DNA of 63,700 nt, filler included, from Candidatus Tectimicrobiota bacterium (GCA_016193065.1; 5 parts of 5 records of this genome joined end to end with filler, not necessarily neighbours in it); one strand, 5' to 3'. Shown: positions 49,822 to 60,144, counted from the first letter of the whole stretch. The notes: generated by a model from the sequence alone, not told the origin. Made by a program: numbers and translations.

Positions 49822-52395
49822 GTGACACAAGACGAGTGGGTGTATAGCTGGTGCCGCCAATGCGCACTACCCCCCTGCGGAATCAAGGCACACGTTCGGG
49901 ACGGAGTGGCCGTCAAGGTGGAAGGAGATCCGCAGTGCCCCACCAATCAGGGCATGCTGTGCTCCAGGGGGCACTCCGCCATCATGACCCTCTACAACCC
50001 CTACCGGGTCAAGACCCCTCTGAAGCGCACCAACCCGAAAAAGGGCCTGGACCAGGATCCGGGCTGGAAGGAGATCAGTTGGGAGGAAGCCCTCGATACG
50101 ATCTCCAAGGAGCTCCGGCGGGTGCGTGCGGAGGACCCGCGCAAGTTCGTGTTCAACAACGGCTTCGCGCGCTGCGGGAGCATGCTGGAAGGCATGGAGT
50201 TTTGCGCCGCCTTCGGCACCCCGAACTACGTGGAAGTGGACGGCCCCACCTGCTCGGTGCACTTCGGCTCTTCCCTCGTCCTGGGGAATTTCACGGGGCC
50301 CCGATTCGACGACCGCTACACGAACTACACGATCCTGATGGGACAAGGCAGTACGGCCAACGGCGGGTACGCGGCCGGCACCAGGGAGATCATGGATGCC
50401 TTGGAGCGGGGGATGAAGCTCGTCGTGGTCGACCCCCGCTGCTCCGTGGAGGCATCCAAAGGAGAATGGATCCCTATCCGACCCGGCTCCGACATGGCCT
50501 TCGTCCTGGCGCTCCAGCACGTGATCCTGTATGAAATCGGCCGCTACGACGCGGACTTCCTCAAGACCCGCACCAACGGCCCCTATCTCATCGGCCCCGA
50601 CGGCCATTACGTGCGGCACAAGGCATCGGGCAAACCGTTGATGTGGGACGTCGCGGCAGGGAAAGCCAAGACCTTCGATGATCCGACCGTCCAGGACGTA
50701 GCGCTGGAAGGCGAGTACACCATGAGCGGCGTCCCTTGCCGGCCGGCCTTCCAGATCTACCGGGACGCCATGGCCCCCTACACGCCGAAATGGGCGGAAG
50801 AGAAGACCTCGATCCCGGCCGTGACCATTCGCCGGATCGCCCGGGAATTCGTCGACGCCGCCCGGATCGGTAGCACGATCACCCTCGACGGCATGGCGTT
50901 TCCGCTGCGCCCGGCTTGCCTGCAGGCCGGTCGCGGCGCCATCACCCAGTATTACGGCGGGAACCTCCACACCGCCGTCGTTCTGGTGAACATGCTGGTG
51001 GGGGCTCTGGACGTGCCCGGCGGCGGACGCGGCACCACGGGACCTCCTCACAAGAGCACTCCTCCTCCCCTGGCCCTCAAGCCGGACGCCGACGGCGTCG
51101 TGGCCCCCAAGGTGGAGGCCGTCCCGAGGGCGTTCGAATTCCCCCCGAACCAACTCGACGGCAAGACCTACATGCCGTTCTCCCATGACAACCCTCACGT
51201 CGTGTACCACGCGATCCTGCACCCGGACCAGTACCACATCGGCTACAAGCCCGAGGTGCTCATGTTGTGGGCCGGCAACCCGGTGCTCCGCATGTACCGT
51301 CCGGAGCCGGTCATCGACGCCATGCGCACCTTCAAGTTCGTCTTCGCCCTCTCCTACAGCTTCGACGAGCCCACCGAGTTGGCGGACGTGGTATTGCCCG
51401 AGACCACCAGCTTGGAGCGCTGGTCGTGCGGCGGCGGCGCGGCTCTTATCGACACCAAGGCCGGCCCCAAAAACGCCGTGGCGCGGCTCATCGCCCGGCC
51501 CGTCGTGAAGCCTCTGTACGACACCCGCCAGGTGGACGAAGTTTTCATGGAGCTCGGCCGCCGGATCGGGATCCTGTTCGGGCCCGGCGGCATCAACGAC
51601 CTGTTCAACTCGGGACGGTACGCTCCCCCGAGAGTTCAGGATCCCTACAAGCTGGCCCTCGACAGGCAATACACCCCCAAAGAGATCGTGAACCTCGTGG
51701 TCAAGTCCGACTTCGGCCCCAAGGCCGACCCGGAGGCGTTGCGCAACAAGGCAAGCTGCCTCGTCAAGTACCTGCCGCACAAGCTGTTCTACCCCTACAC
51801 CGGCTTCCCCGCCGGAAAGACGCGCTACCCCATTTACCAGGATTATCTCAAGCGCGCCGGCGAGGAGCTGTACGCGAACCTGAAGGCCGCCGGGGCCACG
51901 CTGCCCGGCTGGAAGCTCGACGCCATGATCGCGCACTATCAGCCCGTGCCGGTGTGGCTGGAACCCAATCGCTCGGCCCCGGCTGGCTACGACCTGTATG
52001 CGATCAACTGGAAGACGGCGCAGTTCTCCTTCGGGGCGGGCGCCACGCTGGAGAACCCTTGGCTGCAGGAAGTGTCGGCGCAATTCGACCCCTACGTGCT
52101 GGTCGTCTGCCTGAACCGCAAGACCGCGCGAGCCCGGGGGCTCAGGGACGGAGACGAGGTCTGGGTGGAATCCATGTACGGCGGCAAGGTGCGCGGCAAG
52201 GTCAAGATTTCCGACCTCTTCCACACGGAAGCCGTCGGCATCGCGGGAAATTACGGACATATCAGCAAGCAAATGAATCCCGGCGCCCGCGTGGGGATCC
52301 ATTTCAACACGCTCATGTCCACGGAGCCGGGGGACATCGATCCGATCAGCGGCGGCTTCGACGGCGCCCCCAAGGTCAGGCTGTACAAGGCCTAG
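49822..52395 (+). CDS. Mo/W-bis-PGD (DMSO reductase superfamily) catalytic subunit, PadB/dehydroxylase-like
   Basis: N-terminal CRQC...C...C FeS motif, PLKRTNPKKG..DPGW.EISWEEALD, VVVDPR, PIRPGSD and ADVVLP. Confidence 0.9.
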   Translation: MTQDEWVYSWCRQCALPPCGIKAHVRDGVAVKVEGDPQCPTNQGMLCSRGHSAIMTLYNPYRVKTPLKRTNPKKGLDQDPGWKEISWEEALDTISKELRRVRAEDPRKFVFNNGFARCGSMLEGMEFCAAFGTPNYVEVDGPTCSVHFGSSLVLGNFTGPRFDDRYTNYTILMGQGSTANGGYAAGTREIMDALERGMKLVVVDPRCSVEASKGEWIPIRPGSDMAFVLALQHVILYEIGRYDADFLKTRTNGPYLIGPDGHYVRHKASGKPLMWDVAAGKAKTFDDPTVQDVALEGEYTMSGVPCRPAFQIYRDAMAPYTPKWAEEKTSIPAVTIRRIAREFVDAARIGSTITLDGMAFPLRPACLQAGRGAITQYYGGNLHTAVVLVNMLVGALDVPGGGRGTTGPPHKSTPPPLALKPDADGVVAPKVEAVPRAFEFPPNQLDGKTYMPFSHDNPHVVYHAILHPDQYHIGYKPEVLMLWAGNPVLRMYRPEPVIDAMRTFKFVFALSYSFDEPTELADVVLPETTSLERWSCGGGAALIDTKAGPKNAVARLIARPVVKPLYDTRQVDEVFMELGRRIGILFGPGGINDLFNSGRYAPPRVQDPYKLALDRQYTPKEIVNLVVKSDFGPKADPEALRNKASCLVKYLPHKLFYPYTGFPAGKTRYPIYQDYLKRAGEELYANLKAAGATLPGWKLDAMIAHYQPVPVWLEPNRSAPAGYDLYAINWKTAQFSFGAGATLENPWLQEVSAQFDPYVLVVCLNRKTARARGLRDGDEVWVESMYGGKVRGKVKISDLFHTEAVGIAGNYGHISKQMNPGARVGIHFNTLMSTEPGDIDPISGGFDGAPKVRLYKA

Positions 52396-52414
52396 AAAGG
52401 AGCAGGTGAATACC

Positions 52415-53086
52415 ATGCGTTACGGGATGGTGATTGATCTGGATCGCTGTGTGGGGTGCAACGCCTGCACGGTGGCCTGCAAGGCCGAGAACGGCACACC
52501 CCCGGGCATCTTCTGGCAACGCATGCTCTTGACCGAGCGCGGCCGCTACCCCTTCGCCCGCCTGGAGGCCACCCCCCTGCCCTGCATGCACTGCGAGGAG
52601 GCCGCCTGCGTCAAGGTCTGCCCCACCGGCGCCTCCTCCAAACGAAAGGACGGCCTCGTGCTCATCGACGCCGACAAGTGCATCGGCTGCCGCTACTGCA
52701 TGGTGGCCTGCCCCTACGGCGCCCGAAGCTTCAACTCCGGGGCCCGCCCCTACTACCCCGGCAAGGGCCTCACCCCCTACGAAAAAGTGCGCTACCAGGA
52801 GCACCCCGCCGGCAAGGTCGAGAAGTGCACCTTGTGCTCGCAGCGGGTCGACAAGAAAGAGGAGCCCGCCTGCGTGGCCACCTGCATCGCCAAGGCCCGC
52901 TTCTTCGGCGACCTCGACGACCCCAACAGCGAGGTCTCCCAGCTCATCGCCCGCAAGGGCGGCTATCAACTGCTCCCCGAAAAGGGGACCAAACCCCAGG
53001 TCTACTACGTGGGAGGAGGTAAACGACGGTGGATACGCAGAGAACTGGCCAAGGCATCCTCAGCGGCTCAAGTCTCGCTCTCCTGA
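52415..53086 (+). CDS. Four-cluster 4Fe-4S subunit (DmsB/NrfC/PadC-like)
   Basis: CVGCNACTVAC, CMHCEEAAC..VCP, CIGCRYCMVACP and KCTLC...PACVATC. Confidence 0.93.
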   Translation: MRYGMVIDLDRCVGCNACTVACKAENGTPPGIFWQRMLLTERGRYPFARLEATPLPCMHCEEAACVKVCPTGASSKRKDGLVLIDADKCIGCRYCMVACPYGARSFNSGARPYYPGKGLTPYEKVRYQEHPAGKVEKCTLCSQRVDKKEEPACVATCIAKARFFGDLDDPNSEVSQLIARKGGYQLLPEKGTKPQVYYVGGGKRRWIRRELAKASSAAQVSLS

Positions 53087-54144
53087 TCCTGTTCGCGGCC
53101 GGCGTCCTGCTCTGGCTCGTGCTGGGCGCCGCCACGGGCCTGGGGGAAACGACGGCCTTCGGTCTCTACGTGGCCGCCTTCTTCGCCCTGATGGCCGCCG
53201 GGGCCGGCCTGCTCATCTTCTCGGCCCTGCCCGACACCCTGGGCTTCTCCGCCCTCCAGCCCCTCTCCGGCAAGGCCAACCTGCTGGCTCTGGCCTGCTT
53301 GGTAGGCGGGGGTCTCTTCATCCTGGCCGACGTGGGCAGCCCCCTGACCTTGTGGCGCATGCTCACCGGGCCCAACGTCTCCTCCCCCTTCGTCTGGGAT
53401 CTGCTCTTCTTCGCCGCCGCCTTCGTGCTCGGAGCGGCCTTCCTGCCCGTGAGCCTGCAGAAGCGGGAGGCCAAAGGGCTCTCCTGGGTGTTGAGCCTGA
53501 TCTGCCTGGCTCTGCTGGTCGTGGAGGGCTCCATTGTGGCCACGGTGTGGAGCAACCCCCTGTTCGTCGCCGGCTTCGTGGTCACGGGGCTTCTGGCCGG
53601 GGGAGCCCTCCTGCTGTGGCTCGCCCCGACCGACTCGCCGCCGGAACTCATCCGGCCCCTGTGCACCACCCTGGCCTCGCTCATCGCCGCCTGGCTCTTC
53701 TTCAGCCTCCTCGATCCCCTGACCGCCCTGTTCCTGGGCGCGACCGAGGTGGGCGAGACGGCCCGCCTGATCCTGGCCGGGCCCTACAGTCCCCTGTTCT
53801 ACGTCCAGATCCTGATCCTCGGGGTCCTCCCTCTGGTCCAGTTCGCCCGCAAGAAAGAGGCCGGTCTCACCTACGGGCAGGGAGTGGCCGCGGGTCTCGT
53901 GCTCCTGGGGGTGTTCGTGGACAAGTACATCGTGCTGGTGCCCCGGCAGATGAATCCCGCCATCGCGTTCCCGAGCACCCCCTTCACGGCCGGACCCGCC
54001 TATGCCGCCACGGTGGCCGAGTGGTCCCTGACCATCGCCCTCCTGGCCCTGGTGGGACTTCTCTACACCCTGGCCGCCCGCACCATGATCCGCGAGGTCC
54101 CGGCCGCCGCTCAACTCCCCTTCGAACAGAGGAGAGTCGCCTGA
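53029..54144 (+). CDS. NrfD/PsrC-family membrane anchor
   Basis: Multi-TM protein with ADVGSP, PNVSSPFVWD and DKY. Confidence 0.85.
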   Translation: MDTQRTGQGILSGSSLALLILFAAGVLLWLVLGAATGLGETTAFGLYVAAFFALMAAGAGLLIFSALPDTLGFSALQPLSGKANLLALACLVGGGLFILADVGSPLTLWRMLTGPNVSSPFVWDLLFFAAAFVLGAAFLPVSLQKREAKGLSWVLSLICLALLVVEGSIVATVWSNPLFVAGFVVTGLLAGGALLLWLAPTDSPPELIRPLCTTLASLIAAWLFFSLLDPLTALFLGATEVGETARLILAGPYSPLFYVQILILGVLPLVQFARKKEAGLTYGQGVAAGLVLLGVFVDKYIVLVPRQMNPAIAFPSTPFTAGPAYAATVAEWSLTIALLALVGLLYTLAARTMIREVPAAAQLPFEQRRVA

Positions 54145-54155
54145 TAGGAGGGCAA

Positions 54156-54887
54156 ATGAACCGAGAGGAAACGATTTCGCACCAAGAGATGGCCGACCTG
54201 GCCCGCCTGCGCAGCCAGACCTACGGCTTCCTGGGCTCGCTGTATATCCAGAGACCCGACCCGGCCTTCGTCGGGCGGCTCACGGACGGCGCCATGATCT
54301 CCCTGCTGAATTCCATGACCTGCGGGGAAGCGTCCGGAGAAATCGCAAGCGGTCTCGAGCTCGTGAAACGCTACCTGACGAGAATCCGGGAAATGCCGGC
54401 CCAGGAGATAGAGACGGAGCTGGCCGTGGAGCGCACCAGGCTGCTGCGCGGGATCAAGCCGGGCTACGGTCCTCCACCGGCCTACGAGTCCGTGTACGCG
54501 GGGTCCGACGAGCAACCGTTGATGCAGACCAGCGTGGCGGTGGCCCGAGCATACGCCGAGGCCGGCGTGGGACTGCCGGAGGAGGTGCGGGACCAGCCCG
54601 ACTTCATCGGCTTCGAGCTGGACTTTCTGCGCCATCTCACGGACAAGGAGGCCCGGGCTTGGGCCTGCGGTGACCGTGGGGAAGCGTTCAAGCTTCTTGA
54701 GAAAGAGCGGGCCTTTCTGGACGAGCACGCGGCCGGCTGGATCCCGCGCTTCTGCGACCTGATGTTTCAGGACGCGAAGCTCGACTTCTACCGGGGCGTC
54801 GCCCGCCTGACCAAGGCTTTCGTGACAGACGAGGTCCGCCGGTTGGTGGATCTCCAGAATTGGGCCCGCGCTGCCCGGGCAGCATAA
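54156..54887 (+). CDS. TorD/DmsD-family molybdoenzyme chaperone
   Basis: PPAYESVY, QPDFIGFELDFL and FLDEH..WIPRF. Confidence 0.88.
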   Translation: MNREETISHQEMADLARLRSQTYGFLGSLYIQRPDPAFVGRLTDGAMISLLNSMTCGEASGEIASGLELVKRYLTRIREMPAQEIETELAVERTRLLRGIKPGYGPPPAYESVYAGSDEQPLMQTSVAVARAYAEAGVGLPEEVRDQPDFIGFELDFLRHLTDKEARAWACGDRGEAFKLLEKERAFLDEHAAGWIPRFCDLMFQDAKLDFYRGVARLTKAFVTDEVRRLVDLQNWARAARAA

Positions 54888-54995
54888 CAGGAGGTCAAAC
54901 AGATGAGTCGCATGCTGATGTTTTCCGGTCTTACTCGCAGGGCAGGCATTTGAATCGGCATGCGGCCGTGCCTTGCCGTTTATATAATTCAAGAG

Positions 54996-56060
54996 CTAGA
55001 AAGAACCCCTCTCAGGATTGTCACAGAGGAACCAGTTGGCCCACTCGGCAGGCATTTCCTGACCCACGCCGCGCTCCCGGGCACGGGAGTAAACCACGGA
55101 CCCCACCGCGGCAAATTGCACCCCTGTGCCTTCACTGAAGAAATAATTTCTTTCCTCACTGCTTTCACGGCCCGGGGCTTTCTTGAGGAGCACATCGGTT
55201 AACGTATGGTGCTTCGGTATGACCTTGAAGAATCCCAAGGACCCTTCGCTTGTAGCGTTCATCCAGGGACGGTAGCCGGGCTCCGTATTGTGATGGATGG
55301 AAACACCGCTCAAGTAGGTGACCAGTCGCTGAAATCGTTTCAACCCTTCCGGTCCCAGTTCTCCCTGGTTCCCCAGTTGCACGCCGGTCATGTGGACACC
55401 CGGCTGATCAAGCCAGTCTGCTTTCAGGATGGGTACCCTGGCATTGGTGCACGAGGCAACGATGTCCGATCCTCGCACCACGGCCTCCGCATTGTCCAAG
55501 GCTTCCGCAGGGACCCCCGTCATCCGGGTAATCCATTCAGCAAAAGCAGTCCGGTGTCCGGCATCGGGGCTGTAAACCTTGAATTGTTCCAGCTTGCGGA
55601 CGGCGGCATAAGCGAGCGCGTGGGCGTGGGCCAAGCCCCCGGAACCAATGATCCCCACGACGTTCGCATCGGGCCGGGCCATCTCCCGAGCCGCGAGGCC
55701 AGCCATGCCCCCGACTCTATAGGAAGAGATCACCCTCTGCTTCAGCAAAGCCAGCAACTCACCCGTTTCTCCGCTGAAAAGCATCATCATACTCACCCGC
55801 TCAGGACCAGGGCCACGCTGTTCCGCAGTAGGCACATGAGTCCTCAGGCGCAGGGCAAACACCGCTGGGCTGCGAATCCCCCCCTCCATGCTGACATACT
55901 GGCACATCAAACCCGACCGCGAGCGGATGTAGATGGTAGACTTGGTGCGGTTTGCCGCAGCCCCAAGCTCCTCCTGCTTGCAGGAATTCTCCAGCGACCT
56001 CAAACAGTCGTCCATGGTCAGAACCCTGCGAACGTCATCTTCGCTCAACAGCAGTGGCAT
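54996..56060 (-). CDS. Ornithine cyclodeaminase/mu-crystallin (imine reductase-like) family protein
   Basis: LLLSEDDV, ETGELLA, IIGSGGLA and GTGVQFAA. Confidence 0.85.
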   Translation of the reverse strand: MPLLLSEDDVRRVLTMDDCLRSLENSCKQEELGAAANRTKSTIYIRSRSGLMCQYVSMEGGIRSPAVFALRLRTHVPTAEQRGPGPERVSMMMLFSGETGELLALLKQRVISSYRVGGMAGLAAREMARPDANVVGIIGSGGLAHAHALAYAAVRKLEQFKVYSPDAGHRTAFAEWITRMTGVPAEALDNAEAVVRGSDIVASCTNARVPILKADWLDQPGVHMTGVQLGNQGELGPEGLKRFQRLVTYLSGVSIHHNTEPGYRPWMNATSEGSLGFFKVIPKHHTLTDVLLKKAPGRESSEERNYFFSEGTGVQFAAVGSVVYSRARERGVGQEMPAEWANWFLCDNPERGSF

Positions 56061-56117
56061 GGTTTACCCCCGTTGAAAATCGATCAGCCAAATTACTGCA
56101 GCGGCCTGTCTTACCCG

Positions 56118-57113
56118 CTAAAACCCCAGCTCTCTCTTGGCCCTCTCGTAGAAGCTAAAGTCGCAGTAGTCCTGCCAGGGCTTCGGGTCTTTTAACTGAC
56201 CGTACTTGGCCAGGATATCAACCGACGCCTTCATCCCCTCCGGGTCAATGGCTCCCTCCCCGCGAAAGACCTTGTTTCGGACAATGGTGTAGTCATAGGT
56301 CCGCCGCGCTGCCTGCTCCGTGGTTCCCTGGACATGCTTTATGAGAAGCCTGACTGCTTCTTCCCTGTTGGCCGGGTTGTTGAGCCAGCGCTGAGATTGG
56401 ATCATGGCCTTCATGAACCGTGTGACGATGTCCGGGCTGCTCCTGGCAAAATCCGTGTTTACGAAGGACCCGACGAACTGCAGGTTCTTGATGACGTCCG
56501 AATATTGAGCCAGGGTTGGATAGCCCTGGTCGTTGGCCACGAAATTAAGCGGGGGGGTCAACATGGTCGCCGCGGCTCCTCCCGACTTCAGGGCAGCATA
56601 GCGATCGCCAGCCGCCCCCACCACGAGGAGCTGGTATTCCTCCTTCTTGACCCCATTCCTTTCCATAACCTCAACGAAAAGGTGGGTGAGAATGCTGCTC
56701 AAACCAGCCGTTGCGATTTTCTTTCCCTTAAGATCTTTGAGCGTTTTGATCTCGGGGAGGGTGACAATGTCGGTAACCAATGTATAGACCCTGCCGGCAA
56801 TGACCCGGATCTTTCCACCCCGCTCTTGGGCTGTCATGCTGAAGTGAACCCCGCCGGAACCCAGCGGGGCGGAACCGGCCACCACGAGCCGAATCACGTC
56901 CGGGGGCTGGCGCAGGAAGATGATCTCAGGGGACAGCCCCTCTTTGGCAAAGAATCCCTTATCCATCGCCGGGTAGAGATCCCAATCCTGGGAGGAGGGA
57001 GCTGTACTCGGGAGCTTTAGGGACTGGAGCTCTGCCGCCAGGGAATGTGAAAATCCATACAAAAAGACCAGGGCAAATACGATACCTGCTAGGAGATTTG
57101 CCGTTGCTTTCAT
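56118..57113 (-). CDS. NitT/TauT-family substrate-binding protein (no adjacent permease or ATPase)
   Basis: Signal peptide, KGFFAKEGL, DLKGKKIA and RYAALKSG. Confidence 0.85.
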   Translation of the reverse strand: MKATANLLAGIVFALVFLYGFSHSLAAELQSLKLPSTAPSSQDWDLYPAMDKGFFAKEGLSPEIIFLRQPPDVIRLVVAGSAPLGSGGVHFSMTAQERGGKIRVIAGRVYTLVTDIVTLPEIKTLKDLKGKKIATAGLSSILTHLFVEVMERNGVKKEEYQLLVVGAAGDRYAALKSGGAAATMLTPPLNFVANDQGYPTLAQYSDVIKNLQFVGSFVNTDFARSSPDIVTRFMKAMIQSQRWLNNPANREEAVRLLIKHVQGTTEQAARRTYDYTIVRNKVFRGEGAIDPEGMKASVDILAKYGQLKDPKPWQDYCDFSFYERAKRELGF

Positions 57114-57281
57114 TCCTCGCCCCCTCCCTGAACTGAATCCGTGATGTTTCTGGATCGGCAGAAGCCGATTCGTTCCGCGGGCTGCAGCAGTCGCTTGCCT
57201 TCTTGCATCCCACGGAATATGGGCAGAAATCGTTGGCACGACACGAAGTTCAATGATGAGAACTGGATTTGAATACGGCGC

Positions 57282-57310
57282 ATTATAGGTGGAGGGAGCC
57301 TATGTGTCAA
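57282..57310 (-). promoter_or_regulatory. Consensus sigma70 promoter for the SBP-cyclodeaminase pair
   Basis: Minus strand TTGACA-N17-TATAAT. Confidence 0.75.
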
Positions 57311-57470
57311 GCAAGCCAGGAAGCGCCGAAAGAAGATGATGTCCACCTTTCGATTCCTCGAGAAAGGGATCCCGGTGGTATAATCACCACGGCCTCTACC
57401 GGTGTGACCTGAGGAGACCGGAAGGTGGAGTTCACCCGGACCCGAACTTCCCCGAAAAGGAGATCACGAA

Positions 57471-57758
57471 ATGTTCATCGCATTGACACGTTATGAAGGC
57501 AACCCCGACCAGCCCATCGACGAACAGCGCCTGAACGCTATCCAGGAGGCGGCAGCCGAAATCGAGGGCTGGCTGGGCTCCATGGTCTTTCGTTCCACCA
57601 CCGATCCGAAGAAAATGATGCGCATTACCATGTGGGAGTCCTTGGAGGTAAGGGACCGATTCCACGCCAGTGAAAGCGGCCGCCGGCTCGGTCTCGGTGA
57701 AGGCCCGCAGCGGGAGTATTACGAATTGGTCCGCGAGACCCGGCCCCGAAAAAAATGA
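57471..57758 (+). CDS. ABM (antibiotic biosynthesis monooxygenase)-like small protein
   Basis: MFIALTRY...GWLGS....ITMWES.E...FHAS pattern, with RBS AGGAG. Confidence 0.6.
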   Translation: MFIALTRYEGNPDQPIDEQRLNAIQEAAAEIEGWLGSMVFRSTTDPKKMMRITMWESLEVRDRFHASESGRRLGLGEGPQREYYELVRETRPRKK

Positions 57759-57888
57759 CGCGTGGAAGATCATCGGTCCGTGAGTGTCAATCATGGCTCT
57801 GGTAACCCCGAGCCGGGAGAAGCAAAGAGAACGAAACTGCCCTATGTCAAAGTGAAGGCAATATTTTGGGGAAACCGCCAGCAACTCA

Positions 57889-57918
57889 TTGACAACGGGA
57901 CGGCGGTCTATTTATACT
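57889..57918 (+). promoter_or_regulatory. Probable sigma70 promoter pointing into the gap
   Basis: TTGACA-N18-TATACT. Confidence 0.45.
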
Positions 57919-57940
57919 GCGGGCCGATCTTGCCGGGAGC

Positions 57941-58040
57941 NNNNNNNNNNNNNNNNNNNNNNNNNNNNNNNNNNNNNNNNNNNNTTAATTAATTAANNNN
58001 NNNNNNNNNNNNNNNNNNNNNNNNNNNNNNNNNNNNNNNN
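57941..58040. other. Artificial contig linker
   Basis: N-run + TTAATTAATTAA + N-run. Confidence 0.98.
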
Positions 58041-58780
58041 CGCTTCTGCCGGGCCACGAAGGCAAACCCGGCGCCGAGCTCGAGCAGAAAGGATTCCATT
58101 TCCCGCAGGATGCCGGCTTCGAGGTCTTTCTCGCTGTAGGTGTCCTTCAGCCCGAGAAAGTCGAGGAAGTAGGGATCGCGGAAGACAAGGTCGGGGGAGA
58201 GGCGATCCTCATCACGCAGGGTCTGAAGTTCCTGCTTGATGAGCTTCTCCGGCTTTTTCGAGAGGGCGGTGCGCTCGTAGAGCATCGAACCAATCTGTCT
58301 GCGCAGCATGCGGACGCTCCAACGTTCGATGCGGCACATCTCGGCGTAGAAGTCGCGCTGGAGCGGGTCTTTGATCGGGAGCAAGGCAATGAAATGGCTC
58401 CAGCTCAATTGTCGTAACAGTGTCACGACAATTTGTTCATCCGGGATCGCTTCGGTAAATTGCACCATCCGGCGGAGGTTCTTCTCCGAGAAGCCACGGC
58501 CAAACTCCTGCTCCAATTGTCGTGACAGCGATACGACAATTTCTTCGCCGTATTCCGCCCGCTTCTCCTTCAAAATCTCCCGCCGGACGCGGTCGCCCAC
58601 CTGCCAATAGAGCCTGGTTAGTCCGGCATTGACCGCCTGCGCCACCTGATTGCGGGCAGATAGGATCAACTCCCGGATTTCGGTATGCAGGGATGGCGGC
58701 GGATGTATGAGCGATGCAGCGCGCTGGAGAGATCCCCGTTTGCTGCTTCGGGTATGCTTCTTCTCTGCTCTCTCAGGCAT
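58041..58780 (-). CDS. YhcG/DUF1016 PD-(D/E)XK-family protein (3' end truncated)
   Basis: YWQVG, GRGFSEKNL, LSWSH, WSVR, DPYFLDFL and FLLELGAGFAFVARQK. Confidence 0.92.
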
Positions 58781-58910
58781 GGATTATTCCTTTTTGGTGA
58801 GCAGCAAGTATCGGTCGTTTCGCGCCATGGAGTTTATGCGGGCCATTATCCAATACCCCGACCTTTACTTCAATTCCTTTAGGCTGGCAGCAACGGAACG
58901 GCTGGTGTAA

Positions 58911-59138
58911 GACCTGAAAGCCGAACTCGATTCCCTTCGGCAATCCAGGGAGCAGGTCTTCAAGGCCCCGCCCCGGGAGTGGATCCAGGAGAGAGTCGCG
59001 AACATCCAGTCGGTGCTGGAACGGCGGGTCGCCAAGTCGGCGGAGTTTTTAATGAAGCCCGACCCCGAGAACTCGGGGCCGGGCTCAAAGGCCGAACCCC
59101 GCCCGGAGGATATGGAGCGGGGTTCGAATTCTTTCCGA
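58911..59138 (+). pseudogene. Probable C-terminal remnant of a large serine recombinase abutting the tmRNA 3' end
   Basis: Startless frame DLKAELDSLRQSREQVFKAPPREWIQERV...GSNSFRWWRRGESNPRP runs into the antisense of the ssrA 3' end. Family assignment is from recall. Confidence 0.5.
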
Positions 59139-59497
59139 TGGTGGAGGCGGGGGGAATCGAACCCCCGTCCGGAAATACTAGTCAGAAGCCTCTACATGCT
59201 TAGTCTGCGCTTTGATTTTCGCCTTTCCCGTCTCCCGCAAACTGGATCCGGAATCGGCTAGCTCGGTGAGTTTTCGCCTTGGCAGCCCCTGAGCACAGCC
59301 GCCGTGGCTAGCCTGCTAATCTGACGCCCTTATCCGCCCTGTAGGCGCCGGACGGTAAGAACGCTAGCGGGTCTTAAGCCGCTAGAGCGACTTGATAATC
59401 GTTGGCGATTATCGTTTCCCATGTGTTTTACGAGCCCATGGGACCTCGGCATGCCACCCCTGCCTTTCCGCATCCCCGTCGAAGCCATGTCGCCCCC
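59139..59497 (-). ncRNA. ssrA: tmRNA; tag peptide ANDYQVALAA*
   Basis: 5' GGGGGCGACATGGCTTCGAC and 3' GGTTCGATTCCCCCCGCCTCCACCA. Tag ORF at 59374-59406, next to smpB. Confidence 0.96.
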
Positions 59498-59595
59498 AAC
59501 GGTTTCGGCAGTCCGGTTGGACAACCTTATTGTATCCTTCGGAAACCGGGTACGCAACAGAACCTGCGCCTGAAGATCCGCACAAACTGGTGGAT

Positions 59596-60060
59596 TTACT
59601 CCCGTTTCTTGCGGTCCCGGAACGCCCGTTCCACTTCCCGGTCCGCCTCCCGGCGCTTAACGTCTTCCCGGCGGTCGTATTGCTTCTTCCCACGGGCCAG
59701 GGCAATCTCCACCTTCGCCCTGCCCCGCACGAAAAAGAGGCGAAGGGGGATCAGCGTGTACCCCTTCAGGGTCGCCCCCCCGTACAGTTTCTTGATCTCG
59801 CGCTTGTGCAGGAGGAGCTTGCGGGAGCGCAGCGGTTCGTGGTTAAACTGGTTGCCGGCCGAGTAGGGGCTGATGTGGCAATGCTGGAGATAGACTTCCC
59901 CATCCACGACCTCGGCGTAGCTGTCCTTGAGGTTTGCCTTCCCCTCGCGCAGGGATTTGACCTCGGTCCCCTTCAGAGCGAGCCCCGCCTCAAAGACCTC
60001 TTCAATGAAGTAGTCATGGTGCGCTCTGCGGTTCGTGCAGATGATCTTTTCGCCGGCCAT
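59596..60060 (-). CDS. smpB: SsrA-binding protein
   Basis: [23 protein letters not shown] and GKKQYDRR. Confidence 0.97.
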   Translation of the reverse strand: MAGEKIICTNRRAHHDYFIEEVFEAGLALKGTEVKSLREGKANLKDSYAEVVDGEVYLQHCHISPYSAGNQFNHEPLRSRKLLLHKREIKKLYGGATLKGYTLIPLRLFFVRGRAKVEIALARGKKQYDRREDVKRREADREVERAFRDRKKRE

Positions 60061-60144
60061 GAATCGTATCCCCTGTACTCATCTACCTCTATCATATCGG
60101 TTTCCGGCCGGTCCGGGGCGAATTTTTCGCTTTGCAGGTGTTCC

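Noticed and set aside
49867-52416. 849-aa antisense ORF and similar long shadow ORFs (32688-34244, 42904-44361, 21016-22107)
   Set aside because: They mirror well-supported genes in high-GC3 DNA and show no recognisable motifs.
57234-57250. TTGGCACG as a sigma54 promoter
   Set aside because: No GC at the -12 position.
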